The position numbers and the translations under genes were made by a program. A stretch of 64,000 bases of DNA from Patescibacteria group bacterium (lineage in GTDB: Bacteria; Patescibacteriota; UBA1384; DATEAH01). The notes under the pieces are model-generated. The model had not been told where the DNA came from, did not search any database, and was given only the letters and a program-made list of their open reading frames with translations. This document shows positions 1 to 9,723 of this stretch, one piece after another. Location: contig DATEAH010000006.1 in NCBI GenBank assembly GCA_035288465.1, positions 27,770 to 91,769 on the forward strand, given 5' to 3'. Numbering within the stretch: the first letter of the stretch is position 1; each line of letters begins with the position of its first letter.

Positions 1-100
1 AATATTCAATTCGCCCTAAACCTTACACTTATTTCATTTACCACCAAATGATTTTTATTATTATTTAATCATTTTTTATCAGCTTCGGAATAAATTTTGT

Positions 101-931
101 CTATTTATATTTTTTCCATTTGACTTTAGTTTTATTGGGTTTTGATTTTTCTGGAGTTGCTTTTTCTAAGGGCTTTCGCATTATAATTAAGTGTTTAAAA
201 CCTCTAAGAAAAAAATTAAATTTTCGAGCTCGATAATGCCAAACTCCTGTGTTTGAACTTTGTTGTCTTCTTGTGACACAGATTAAGTCCACAGGTTCAA
301 AATATTTATCCATCATCGCATATATTTTAAAACCAACCGGCGTGAATTTTCTTTTAACCCATTGGTCGCCGATTAACCACCCGACCACCTTGCCTGGTTT
401 TAAAACGCGATAAATCTCTTTAGTTGTTTTTTCGAGCTCTTGATAAAATTTCGAATCTTCAGCGGATATTTTACCAATATCTAAAGGGTCAGTACCATAA
501 TTTACGTTATCACCATAAGGCGAATCAATAAAAACCATATCGGCCGAATTATCTTTAAGAGGAATTTTACGGGCATCGTTTTTAATAATATCTTCTCTTT
601 GGGGATGGATGTCATAACCGATTACCTTTCTTCCTTCTTCATTACAAACATCAATGGTTGTACCGCTACCACACATTGGATCAACAACTAAATCTCCTGG
701 TTGGGTATATCTTTGAATCATGTTCCAGATAATAAATGCCGGCGTTACTCCCTGAAATTTATTATTACCTTTTGGGATAGCACCATAGCTTTGTTTAGGA
801 TAATCCCATAAAGTTGTGGTTTCAAAAGGTGGCTTTTCGTCATTTTTAGGATTCGTCAGTTTTTTTTGTTTGATTAGTTTGATGTTTTTAGCCTTAAAAA
901 GCATTCCGTTTTTTAATTTTTCATCGCTCAT
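101..931 (-). CDS. SAM-dependent methyltransferase with motif I DPMCGSGTT followed about 44 aa later by a DPPY-like DSPYG; likely N6-adenine/N4-cytosine DNA methyltransferase, with m2G RNA MTase as the alternative
   Basis: Translation shows VVDPMCGSGTTIDV then FIDSPYGDNVNYG and RVLKPGKVVGW. The ORF overlaps the upstream ORF by 4 nt (ATGA), suggesting an operon. Confidence 0.55.
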   Translation of the reverse strand: MSDEKLKNGMLFKAKNIKLIKQKKLTNPKNDEKPPFETTTLWDYPKQSYGAIPKGNNKFQGVTPAFIIWNMIQRYTQPGDLVVDPMCGSGTTIDVCNEEGRKVIGYDIHPQREDIIKNDARKIPLKDNSADMVFIDSPYGDNVNYGTDPLDIGKISAEDSKFYQELEKTTKEIYRVLKPGKVVGWLIGDQWVKRKFTPVGFKIYAMMDKYFEPVDLICVTRRQQSSNTGVWHYRARKFNFFLRGFKHLIIMRKPLEKATPEKSKPNKTKVKWKKYK

Positions 932-1596
932 TTACAAATCCTCCTTAGATCTTCAATAAATTTATCAAATGATTTCACTTTATCGCTTTCATCAATATTC
1001 TTATCAGACATTACATAACTACCATCAGTATCTACCTCGACGATGGCTCGACCTTTTTTGGTCGGTTTTTTGGAAGTTAAAGTGCCATCTTCGTCCGGAG
1101 TAATAAAGAATACTTTTATATTTTTGGTCACCGGGTCTTGCAAAAATTTAAGTTTCCAATACCCTGTTTGGGCAATTCTTTCTCTTAATGTGACCTTACT
1201 TGAGATAGCGGCTAAAACTTTACAGTTTTTGGGGTTGTAAATAATTAAATCAACATCGGGTAAATGATGACCAAATTCTCCATAATCGATTAAAAGATTC
1301 CTTTTTATTTTACTTACATCTGGGGGTAAATTAGCATTTCCTGTCCTTTCAAATGTACTGCCGGAGATAATTTTTAATCCCAAACTCTCGACTTGATCTT
1401 GAATAATATACATTATCAATTTTTCCAAGTTTTTACCCTTAAACGACCTCCAAGATTGTTCATGATCAGTTAGGGTAAAATCTTTTTTGTGGATTTCTTT
1501 TGCTTTTTTAAAAATGTCGGAAATGTGTTTGTAAATTTCCCGGCCATATTTCTTTTTTTCAATCTCATAAATTTTTATTACCTCGTCAAATTTCAT
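928..1596 (-). CDS. Hypothetical protein co-transcribed with the methyltransferase; candidate restriction endonuclease partner
   Basis: A 222 aa ORF translationally coupled to the downstream MTase. It has a weak PD-(D/E)xK-like stretch (LPDVDLIIY...SSKVTLRE). No strong motif is present. Confidence 0.3.
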   Translation of the reverse strand: MKFDEVIKIYEIEKKKYGREIYKHISDIFKKAKEIHKKDFTLTDHEQSWRSFKGKNLEKLIMYIIQDQVESLGLKIISGSTFERTGNANLPPDVSKIKRNLLIDYGEFGHHLPDVDLIIYNPKNCKVLAAISSKVTLRERIAQTGYWKLKFLQDPVTKNIKVFFITPDEDGTLTSKKPTKKGRAIVEVDTDGSYVMSDKNIDESDKVKSFDKFIEDLRRICK

Positions 1597-1703
1597 AATT
1601 CCCCCATATTAAAACACACCAAATATAATATTGCTTTAATTTTACCGCGAATAAAGCTGAAAGGCAAACTTGTGCAGGGTCAAATCTTAATTTGACTGAG
1701 GAA

Positions 1704-1753
1704 ATAAAAAAACGTGGCTAAAAACCGACTTTTGGGTTGGTTTCGAACCACGC
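1704..1753 (-). terminator. Intrinsic terminator-like hairpin downstream of the 1769..2575 gene
   Basis: On the minus strand, an imperfect hairpin (cgtgg...ccacg with inner aaacc/ggttt pairing) is followed by a T-run (plus-strand A-run 1704-1711). It contains a tRNA T-arm-like GGTTCGAAACC, but no full cloverleaf can be drawn. Confidence 0.4.
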
Positions 1754-1768
1754 TTAGAATTTGAAAAT

Positions 1769-2575
1769 TTAAGTTTCTGCCAACAATTGCGCCCTAAACT
1801 TCTGAAGAATAATTGCTTCTTGCCGTTTTTGATCTTGCAAAGCCTGCGCTTGCTGCTGTTCTTGGGCTTTTTTTTTATCTTCCCTCTTTTGGTAATACTG
1901 TTGGTATACTTCAAGATATCCATATTCTTGGGCGATTTTAGAATTTGAAAAGGAATGGGATAGTCTATATCTGACCCTGATATCTGGGATCTCCCAACAA
2001 ATTGATTCTTCTTCAATCTTGGGTGGCTGGACTTTAGGATTAAAACCAAAATATTGTTGGCGATCAGAATCAGAGTGATAAGTAAGAAGAGACGAATCAA
2101 CATGAATTTCACACCAATCATCCTTGCACAATTGATACCGACCATAGCCGATCTCGCGGGAATCCAAAAATTCTTTCCAGGTTCTGATTCGGGCAACTAC
2201 AGGCAACAAATCATCAGGTATTTCTTCTTCGGGCAAATCAGCCGCTATTTCTAATTTGCCATCAGAATGACTCTCTGATTTTCTTGACACGATGTGGGCA
2301 GTAATTGTCTCAAAAATATCAGGGTAAAGTCGATATTGCGCTCTTAGCTCTTCATTATCAACTAAACACTCACGAACAAAGTAAACCGCAGGTTCAACAG
2401 TTTTCCAAAACAAATCTAATTTAGTTTCAGAAAAGCGTCTTTGAAAGATGTTGATTTGAACCCGAAACAAGCGATTAATTGGGGGAAGAGTTCCTGAATC
2501 AACAACAATAACAAAGCCCAAGACACCAAGTCCTGATACATATGTTGTGTAATGATATCTTTTTCCCTCAACCAT
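1769..2575 (-). CDS. Hypothetical protein
   Basis: A 268 aa ORF with no recognisable motif and a Gln/Lys-rich C-terminus. The overlapping alternate-frame ORF 1687..2196 is judged spurious. Confidence 0.45.
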   Translation of the reverse strand: MVEGKRYHYTTYVSGLGVLGFVIVVDSGTLPPINRLFRVQINIFQRRFSETKLDLFWKTVEPAVYFVRECLVDNEELRAQYRLYPDIFETITAHIVSRKSESHSDGKLEIAADLPEEEIPDDLLPVVARIRTWKEFLDSREIGYGRYQLCKDDWCEIHVDSSLLTYHSDSDRQQYFGFNPKVQPPKIEEESICWEIPDIRVRYRLSHSFSNSKIAQEYGYLEVYQQYYQKREDKKKAQEQQQAQALQDQKRQEAIILQKFRAQLLAET

Positions 2576-2860
2576 TAGGATCTGCCTCCTTGGAAGGAAA
2601 AGTTGTAGGGTGCGATGACTGCGTTTATTTTATTATAAATTGATGCCCAAGTCAACCATACAACTCGAACCCCCTGTCATCACATACGAAACTCTTGCAA
2701 TCTTGGAAAAAATCTGATATCTTATAAAGAGTAAAGATAAAAAAGTCAAAAGCAAAAATGAAGATTAAATTTTAAAATTGAATCTTATATTTTATTTTTT
2801 ATCTTAATTTATAATCTTTTCTCTTTAATTTTTAATCTTGACGAGCGAAAGCGAGGAATC

Positions 2861-3262
2861 GTGCCACAAATAAAATCTGCTAAAAAAGCCAAAAAACAAT
2901 CAGCCAAAAGACGACTTGGCAATGTTGTCACCAAAAACGTAATCAAAAAAGCCAAAAAAGCCGCCTCGGCCGCCTTAGCCAAAAAAGCCGGTGCTGCGGA
3001 AGTGAAAAAATTAGTTTCTGTGGTTGATAAAGCCGCCAAAAATCATGTCATTCATAAGAACAAAGCCGCTCGAATTAAATCAAAATATTTAATTCAATTG
3101 GCAAAATTAAAGCTAGCTTTACCCAAAAAAGAAAAAGTCAAACCGGTGGTAAAAAAACCAGCCGCCAAGAAAGCTACCAAACCAACCGCCAAATCTGCTG
3201 CCAAGAAACCGGCTAAAAAAACTGCGGCAAAAACTGCGAAAAAACCGGCTAAAAAATCATAA
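2861..3262 (+). CDS. rpsT: 30S ribosomal protein bS20 with a Lys/Ala/Pro-rich histone H1-like C-terminal extension
   Basis: GTG start. The N-terminus MPQIKSAKKAKKQSAKRR matches the S20 signature (MANIKSAKKR...). The C-terminal roughly 50 aa are AKKPAKK-type repeats. Confidence 0.8.
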   Translation: MPQIKSAKKAKKQSAKRRLGNVVTKNVIKKAKKAASAALAKKAGAAEVKKLVSVVDKAAKNHVIHKNKAARIKSKYLIQLAKLKLALPKKEKVKPVVKKPAAKKATKPTAKSAAKKPAKKTAAKTAKKPAKKS

Positions 3263-3308
3263 TTTTTATATTTAGATAAAGCCCGACTTAACTTATCATT
3301 CGCCTTTC

Positions 3309-3438
3309 CAGTATTACCGCGCCCCGCCATGCAAAACAGTTTGCTGGCGTTGCGGGCGGGTTCATGCACGACTCATGATGCGTTTGGTCGTCGGGCTGCA
3401 CAACCTATTTTTATATAATTTATGGAGTGCAGGAGGGG
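3309..3438 (+). promoter_or_regulatory. Conserved structured leader element, copy A (candidate cis-regulatory RNA) upstream of lepB
   Basis: About 130 nt, sharing conserved blocks with 16266..16387: cagtattaccgcgcc(c)cgcca, ggcgttgcgggcgggttcat, gggctgcacaacc, an AT-rich spacer, then ggagtgcaggagggg immediately 5' of the start codon. A 6-bp inverted repeat ctgcac/gtgcag flanks the AT-rich spacer. Confidence 0.5.
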
Positions 3439-3439
3439 T

Positions 3440-4051
3440 ATGCGCAATGTGATTCGACCGCGTCTATCATTAGAAAATAAAAGTTCTAAAAGCAAAATTT
3501 TTTATAGGTTAGCGCGGTTTTTTGATTTAAGCAAATGGGTTATTTTAATCGCGATTGTGATTTATTTAGGACATTTGTTTGTGGTGAGCATTTTTGCGGT
3601 TTCTGGGGCGAGCATGGAGCCAAATTTTCACGACAAAGAATATTTAATCGTCAATAAAACCTTTCGAATTATTGACCGAATTCAACGCGGTGATGTGGCG
3701 ATTTTTAAATTCCCCGGCGATCCAAACGAGCTTTATATTAAAAGAATAATTGGTTTGCCGGGCGATACGATTGAAATCAAAGATAAAGCGGTTTGGGTTA
3801 ATGGTCGGAAAATGATTGAAATGTATTTAACTAAAGATATGGTCACGGATAAATTATCAAATCAGCAAAAATGGCATCTGGGTGCCAATGAATATTTTGT
3901 GATGGGTGACAATCGCGAAAATTCGAACGACTCGCGGGTTTGGGGCAGTTTACCCAAAGAAAATATTGTTGGCATTGCTAATTTCGTAATTTTGCCAGCA
4001 GCGATGGCTGGCAAGATTCCTATCCCTGATTATTATACGAGCTCAAAATAA
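3440..4051 (+). CDS. lepB: Signal peptidase I
   Basis: S26 motifs GASMEPNF and GDNRENSNDSRVWG, with an N-terminal TM. The track ORF starts at 3422, but the ATG at 3440 directly follows the GGAGGGG SD and is the more likely start. Confidence 0.85.
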   Translation: MRNVIRPRLSLENKSSKSKIFYRLARFFDLSKWVILIAIVIYLGHLFVVSIFAVSGASMEPNFHDKEYLIVNKTFRIIDRIQRGDVAIFKFPGDPNELYIKRIIGLPGDTIEIKDKAVWVNGRKMIEMYLTKDMVTDKLSNQQKWHLGANEYFVMGDNRENSNDSRVWGSLPKENIVGIANFVILPAAMAGKIPIPDYYTSSK

Positions 4052-4054
4052 AAT

Positions 4055-5671
4055 CTAAATTAATGGTTCTTTGAGGGCCATTAGGGTCTGGGTGATAATT
4101 TCAATCATTGGATAAAGCCTTTGCGTAAATTTTGGCAAAGTGCCAATTTCGTGATAAGACAAATACCATTCAGGTAAATTAAAGGGGATACGGCTAAAAT
4201 GATTAGCCCATTCTTTCTCGCAACCCAAAACCACCGCATATGGTAAATAATTAATGAATTCTTCCCGCTGTGCTTCGGCGGCGGTAGTTTGTTTGGGATA
4301 ACGAATTAAATAACGGCGAAAAGCCAGCCAGTCCGACAAGGCGCGTCGGCCTTTTTTAGTGCGCATCGGCATTTTGCTCGATAAAGCAATGATAAATAAA
4401 GCGGCAATTGCAGATCCCGTGAAAACCAAAACTATATAAGGCGGATTGACAAAAGCTGGAGAGATAAAAACTGCCAGCGCTGACAAGAAAAACAATAAAA
4501 TGCCAAAAATTTGATATCGATAGAGTATCGTTCTGGGGCCTTGGACAAAATAACCTAATTTCGCGATTTGATCATATGCTTTGGCATATATTTTAAAAAC
4601 TGCCTCGGAAAATAAGACTTTTTCGGGTTGCTCCTCAATACCGGCTAAACTTTCTTTAAAATGGCCTTTGAGCAATTCTTCAGATAAGGCGCGATCAAAT
4701 GGCTGGGCATCGTTAAATGATTTTTTTTCACCAATATTATAGCCATCGCCTTTTTCAGAAATAACCAAATAGCCACGATTAGCTAAGTCCAAAATTTGGC
4801 TGGCAATTTCCGCCGGCCCGATTTTTTGCCGAAATAAAACGCCCACTAAAAGCGGGCTCATTTGATTGGGAGGCCGATCTGAAACTCGATCGGAAATTTC
4901 CGGCCCACCAGAACGTCGGCGAATTAAAATCATCGCTAACAAACTTAAGATGATCACGCTCGGCAAAAAGATGGTCGCCGCCAGCCAAAAATCCAAACCA
5001 GCTAATCGGATTTCCGTCATTATCTTGACCATAGTCGCCATTTTGATTAAATTTTTATTAAATTTAACTTGGCAGGTAAAGCTACTATACGGCGAGAGAT
5101 TTTTGGCATAATAATACATAGCGCCATTTTTGACTCGCGCCCCACTCTTGCCTACTCCATGAATTGCATAATGAGATAAATAAACCTGGTTAGCTTTGAC
5201 ATTCTGCGGAAAAACGAGAAAGACCTCAAGGCTATCAATATTAATCCCGGGATTTTTAATCGGCTGAAAGCGCAGTTGATATTGGTTTTCGGTTGGCATA
5301 AATTCGGCGGCTTGTTCATATTCAATGCGCCAAGTATCACCCAAATTTGGGCTTGCTAAATCATAGATTAAAATCTGGTTATCAACTTTTCGAATTTTAT
5401 ATTGATCTTTGGAGATTTTCGTGTCTGAACGATAAATTTGTAAATTTGAAATATTTTTGGCATTAATTGCCCAGGCAAAATCAGCCACAAAGCGATTTGA
5501 AAAGACAAAATTTTCCTGCACTTTTAGCCGGCCATTGTTACCAAGAATGGCATTAATTTTAAGCTGGCTAAGACTAATTGGTACAAAATTTTCTTGAGCC
5601 TGAATAGATCTTGGCCAAAACAAGATCAAACTGGCAAAAATAATTAACAAGCACTTAGACCGGAATTTCAC
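4055..5671 (-). CDS. DUF2207-like membrane protein with signal peptide, large extracytoplasmic domain and three TM segments
   Basis: Topology read from the translation: signal peptide, a roughly 200 aa domain, a TM, a roughly 130 aa loop, a TM pair and a C-terminal domain. The call rests on architecture only. Confidence 0.35.
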   Translation of the reverse strand: MKFRSKCLLIIFASLILFWPRSIQAQENFVPISLSQLKINAILGNNGRLKVQENFVFSNRFVADFAWAINAKNISNLQIYRSDTKISKDQYKIRKVDNQILIYDLASPNLGDTWRIEYEQAAEFMPTENQYQLRFQPIKNPGINIDSLEVFLVFPQNVKANQVYLSHYAIHGVGKSGARVKNGAMYYYAKNLSPYSSFTCQVKFNKNLIKMATMVKIMTEIRLAGLDFWLAATIFLPSVIILSLLAMILIRRRSGGPEISDRVSDRPPNQMSPLLVGVLFRQKIGPAEIASQILDLANRGYLVISEKGDGYNIGEKKSFNDAQPFDRALSEELLKGHFKESLAGIEEQPEKVLFSEAVFKIYAKAYDQIAKLGYFVQGPRTILYRYQIFGILLFFLSALAVFISPAFVNPPYIVLVFTGSAIAALFIIALSSKMPMRTKKGRRALSDWLAFRRYLIRYPKQTTAAEAQREEFINYLPYAVVLGCEKEWANHFSRIPFNLPEWYLSYHEIGTLPKFTQRLYPMIEIITQTLMALKEPLI

Positions 5672-5822
5672 AGCCCCCCTTGTGAGCTCCGATGCGATAT
5701 CGGAGCGAATTATGAATCATGAATCGCCTCCTCGGCGATCCACCGAAGAGGTGGATTGAGAATAATAGAATAATTAGAAATTAGACTAATTAGGTTAATT
5801 AGTTAATTCTGTCCTTATTTTA

Positions 5823-6761
5823 TCATCCCATCAAACCCAAGACAAGCAATTCCAAAGCAAAATCTGGATCAATTTGGCCAGTTTTCATGGCAATTTCCGC
5901 CGACATTAATTTTTGATAAATCAGTTTCAGATTTGATAAAGAAAAATTTCTAATCTGTTGCAAACTTTTTTGAATAACAAAAGGGTGCAATCTGGTTTTT
6001 TCGCGAATTTGGGCTGATCCCAAACCAGATTCGGATAAGGCCTTTATAATAATCAAATTTCGAAACTGGTACACAATCATGGTATGAATATATAAAGCAT
6101 TTTCGCCGGCGACGAGTAAATTTTTTAAAATTTGCTGGCTTTTGGCTAAATTTTTCGCGGCTAACGAATCAATAAGCTCAAAAATGCTGGGTGAAAATTG
6201 CGGTTTGACCAAGTCACGAACATCTTCCACGTGAATTTCTTTCCTATCTTTATATTCTATAAGTTTGTCAATTTCTAAATCTAAACGACCCAAATCATTG
6301 CCAACAAAAAAAGTTAAGGTTTCGGCGGCCTCAAAATCAATTTTGCCACCTTTTTCTTCGACTCTTTTTTTAGCCCAAGTCAAAATCCCTTGGCTTGCGA
6401 GAGGCTCAAATTGCCAGACTTTGCCAATTTCAGTGACTTTTTTAAGCACTGGATTTTTTGGGCTAAGTTCTGATTCAACAAAAACCACTGTCACTTCGGC
6501 TGGAATTTTGACAATAATTTTGGCAATTTCTTTGGCATCAGTTGGGCTGGCTTTCTTAAGGAAATTTTTCACGATGATGAGTTTTTGGGCTGATAAAAAA
6601 TTAGTAACGATAAGTGAGTTTTTAAATTGACTCAGGCTCATATTTTCGTCAAATTTTTCAATATTAAACTCAGAACCGGTTTTTTCGACAAATTTTGCTT
6701 GAACCTGGTTCATTTTTTCTAAAACGCGAAAATTGTCCTTACCATAGATTAAAAAAATCAT
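5823..6761 (-). CDS. holA: DNA polymerase III delta subunit
   Basis: N-terminus MIFLIYGKDNF, a size of 312 aa and a position overlapping the polA start by 4 nt fit HolA. Confidence 0.6.
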   Translation of the reverse strand: MIFLIYGKDNFRVLEKMNQVQAKFVEKTGSEFNIEKFDENMSLSQFKNSLIVTNFLSAQKLIIVKNFLKKASPTDAKEIAKIIVKIPAEVTVVFVESELSPKNPVLKKVTEIGKVWQFEPLASQGILTWAKKRVEEKGGKIDFEAAETLTFFVGNDLGRLDLEIDKLIEYKDRKEIHVEDVRDLVKPQFSPSIFELIDSLAAKNLAKSQQILKNLLVAGENALYIHTMIVYQFRNLIIIKALSESGLGSAQIREKTRLHPFVIQKSLQQIRNFSLSNLKLIYQKLMSAEIAMKTGQIDPDFALELLVLGLMG

Positions 6762-9505
6762 AATTTTATTTTTTTCAGTTCTTGCCAGTTGTCGCCAACC
6801 GAAATATCAACCTTGATTGGCACGTCTAATTTAAAAACATTTTCCATAATTTCGCGAATTTTAACCGCAGCACTGGCAACTTGGTCTTTGGGTACCTCAA
6901 AAACCAATTCATCATGAACCTGTAATAACATTTTTACTTTTGGCTCTTTAATTTTTGATTTTATTTTTATCATCGCCATTTTAATAATTTCCGCGGCTGT
7001 GCCTTGCGCCGGCATATTAATCGCCATTCTTTCGGCGGCTTTTTGAACTTGAGACATGCCTGAATGAATTTCTGGCAAATAGCGCTTATGACCTGATAGG
7101 GTTTCGACAAAACCGGTTTCGCGCGTCTCGGCAATCACTTCCTCAAGATATTTTTTAATGCCAGCAAAGGCTTGAAAATAGCGTTCAATAAAATTCGCGG
7201 CTTCTTTTTGGTTAATGCCCAAGCTTTGTGCTAAACCATAGGCGCTCATACCATATAAAACGCCAAAGTTGACGGTTTTGGCAACCCGTCGTTGTTGCGG
7301 AGTTACTTGATTTAAACCAACTCCAAAAATCTCCGCGGCGGTGGCAGCATGAAAATCTTCACCCTCTTTAAAAGCTTTGATGGCTTTTTGATCATCTGCC
7401 AATGACGCCATCACCCTTAATTCAATTTGGGAATAATCTGCGGAAACAATTTTATTGCCAAGACTAGCGATAAAGGCTTTGCGAATTTCCCGTCCCAACT
7501 CAGTTCGAATCGGGATATTTTGCAAATTTGGCTCAGAAGATGACAATCTGCCCGTGGCTGTAATGGTTTGATTAAAACTGGTATGCAGCCGACCAGTTTC
7601 GGGATTGATTAATTTTGGCAAGGCGTCTAGATAAGTATTTTTAAGTTTGGTCATTTCTCGATAATCGCGGATTAGGTCAATAATTTCGTGCTTGCCTTTG
7701 AGTTTTTCAAGTTCAGAGGCGGCCGTAGAATGACCAGTTTTGGTGCGCTTAACCTGAGTCAAAGGAATTTGTAATTTTTCGAACAAAATTTTTGAAAGCT
7801 GCTGGGTGGAACTAATATTAAATTCCTCACCGGCTAATTTCCAAATTTTAGCTTTAAGTTTTTCAATCTTCAAGCTAGTCTGGCGGGATAATTGCTTAAG
7901 GAATTTAGCATCAACCTTGATGCCGGCTAATTCTATTTCGGCTAAAACTTTAATTAAAGGCATTTCAATTTGATAAAAAAGCTGATCAAGTTTTTCTTCG
8001 CTAATTTTGGGCTTAAAAATATTGACCAATCTGAGCGTAATGTCAGCGTCTTCACCAGAATATTGGGCGATTTTGGCAGTTGGCACCTCGGTTAATGATT
8101 TTAAATTTTTACCTTTGCCGATCAAGTCTTCAATCGGAATCATTTCCACGCCTAATTCCGCAAAAGCGATTTGGTCTAAGTTGTGAGCGCGGGTGTGTGG
8201 ATTTAATAAATAGGACGCAATCATCGTATCAAAACTAAGCGGCGTCAATTCAATGCCATTTCTTTTTAAAACTAGATAATCATATTTTAGATTATGGCCG
8301 AATTTGGCAATTTTCGGATTTTCCAAGATTGGTTTGAGTTTTTTAAGCCAAGCTTGACCATGGTCGTTATCAACCGGAATATAAAAGGCTTTTTTTTCTT
8401 CAAAACTGACCGAGATTCCTAATAATTTGGAGGAGATTGCGTCAAGCCGGTCAGTTTCAGTGTCAATGACAATCCCTTTTTGCTGGGAAAGTTTTTGGCA
8501 GATTTGCTCAAATTGATCATTGGTTACTATTAAAAGATATTCAGCTTCAGTTTTGTGGATTGGGATATTTTTTGGGGTGGTTTTGGTTTTTTCAACGGCG
8601 GCCTCAAACAAGTTTGTTTGGCTGGTTTGTCTGGCGCCGGGAATTCTGGTCATTAAACTTCTAAATTCTAATTCTTGGAATAAATTGGCAATTCGGGTAC
8701 GGTCAAAATCGCCAAAAGCGCATTTTGCTAGTTGAATTTCTAGTGGTACATTTTGATCGATGGTGACTAGTTTTTTGGCTAATTCAGCCTGTTTTTCTGC
8801 GCCGGTTAAGAGCTTTTGGAGTTTAGGCGAAAGTTCGTCGAGGTTTTTGAAAATTTGTTCAATTGAGCCGTATTTTTCAATTAATTCCTGGCCGGTTTTT
8901 TCACCAATCCCCGCCACGCCTGGAATATTATCAGATTGATCGCCTCTCAAGGCTTTAAAATCGATCAGGCTCGTTGGTGGGAGCTGGTAGCGTTCTTGAA
9001 CTAAATCTTCATCATAAATGGCGGTATCAGTTAAACCGCGTTTCATGGTGTAAACTTTGGTTTTAGGGTTAACTAATTGCAAAGTATCAAGATCACCGGT
9101 AACAATAATAACTTCATCAACTAATTTTTGGGTCTTGGCTGCAAAAGTGCCAATAATATCGTCGGCTTCAAAACCAGCCTTTTCGATCACTGGCACACTA
9201 AAAGCTTCAATAATTTCTTTAATTTTGGGAATTTGATCGTATAATTCCTGAGGCGCGGCAACCCGTTTGGCTTTGTACTCTTTAAAAGCTTTATGCCTGA
9301 AAGTTGGTTTTTTAATATCAAAAGCCGTCACTAAAAAATCCGGTTTTAAGTCCCGAATCATATTCAAAAAAATCATGCAGAAACCATAAACCGCATTCAC
9401 CGGCTGACCAGATTTTGTGGTAAGATGCGGAATTGCATGAAAGGCGCGGTGCACAATCGCTGGCGCATCGACTAAAACTAATCTTTTTTTAGTTTTGGAC
9501 ATCAA
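6758..9505 (-). CDS. polA: DNA polymerase I
   Basis: A 915 aa protein with a 5'-3' exonuclease N-terminus (LVLVDAPAIVHRAFHA), a 3'-5' exonuclease region and polymerase motifs (DYSQIELR, KTVNFGVLYG, QVHDELVFE). Confidence 0.95.
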   Translation of the reverse strand: MMSKTKKRLVLVDAPAIVHRAFHAIPHLTTKSGQPVNAVYGFCMIFLNMIRDLKPDFLVTAFDIKKPTFRHKAFKEYKAKRVAAPQELYDQIPKIKEIIEAFSVPVIEKAGFEADDIIGTFAAKTQKLVDEVIIVTGDLDTLQLVNPKTKVYTMKRGLTDTAIYDEDLVQERYQLPPTSLIDFKALRGDQSDNIPGVAGIGEKTGQELIEKYGSIEQIFKNLDELSPKLQKLLTGAEKQAELAKKLVTIDQNVPLEIQLAKCAFGDFDRTRIANLFQELEFRSLMTRIPGARQTSQTNLFEAAVEKTKTTPKNIPIHKTEAEYLLIVTNDQFEQICQKLSQQKGIVIDTETDRLDAISSKLLGISVSFEEKKAFYIPVDNDHGQAWLKKLKPILENPKIAKFGHNLKYDYLVLKRNGIELTPLSFDTMIASYLLNPHTRAHNLDQIAFAELGVEMIPIEDLIGKGKNLKSLTEVPTAKIAQYSGEDADITLRLVNIFKPKISEEKLDQLFYQIEMPLIKVLAEIELAGIKVDAKFLKQLSRQTSLKIEKLKAKIWKLAGEEFNISSTQQLSKILFEKLQIPLTQVKRTKTGHSTAASELEKLKGKHEIIDLIRDYREMTKLKNTYLDALPKLINPETGRLHTSFNQTITATGRLSSSEPNLQNIPIRTELGREIRKAFIASLGNKIVSADYSQIELRVMASLADDQKAIKAFKEGEDFHAATAAEIFGVGLNQVTPQQRRVAKTVNFGVLYGMSAYGLAQSLGINQKEAANFIERYFQAFAGIKKYLEEVIAETRETGFVETLSGHKRYLPEIHSGMSQVQKAAERMAINMPAQGTAAEIIKMAMIKIKSKIKEPKVKMLLQVHDELVFEVPKDQVASAAVKIREIMENVFKLDVPIKVDISVGDNWQELKKIKL

Positions 9506-9510
9506 ACCTC

Positions 9511-9660
9511 TGGAAAATTTCTAATTTCTAATTATTCTAATTTCTAAACAAATCCCAATGTTTAAATTCCCAATAACTAAATTCAGATATTTGAAATTGA
9601 GTAATTGGGTATTCATTAGGTCAATTAGAGTAATTAGGTTAATTGAACTAATTATACCTA
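9511..9660. repeat. AT-rich palindromic MITE-like intergenic repeat, copy R2
   Basis: Contains ctaatttctaaacaaatcccaat plus a taattaggttaatt sub-repeat that is also present at 5781..5810. It is the reverse complement of the ttgtttagaaattag arm seen at 27021, 31738 and 49905. Confidence 0.6.
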
Positions 9661-9723
9661 TTCTATTTTACCAAAAAAAGCCCGCTGAAGCGAGCCCATC
9701 ATCGATTTATTTAAAATTAAGGG

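Noticed and set aside
1731-1753. tRNA-like T-arm sequence GGTTGGTTTCGAACCACGC
   Set aside because: No acceptor/D/anticodon arms can be drawn around it. It is better explained as a terminator hairpin for the convergent gene.
1687-2196. Alternate-frame ORF overlapping the 1769-2575 gene
   Set aside because: It is shorter, has a Lys/Arg-rich low-complexity translation, and sits in a different frame from the longer ORF that has a better start context.
3094-3369. ORFs 3094-3369(-), 16210-16458(+) and 43353-43625(+) from the six-frame track
   Set aside because: They lie entirely within or overlap the conserved GC-rich leader elements and have low-complexity translations. The conservation there is at the nucleotide-block level with variable segments and is not protein-like.
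4779-5340. Small antisense or alternate-frame ORFs inside large genes (e.g. 4779-4988, 4866-5111, 8520-8735, 10319-10621, 21369-21599, 32634-32987, 44521-44955)
   Set aside because: They are embedded within well-supported genes on the opposite strand or in another frame, with no motifs. These are typical six-frame noise.
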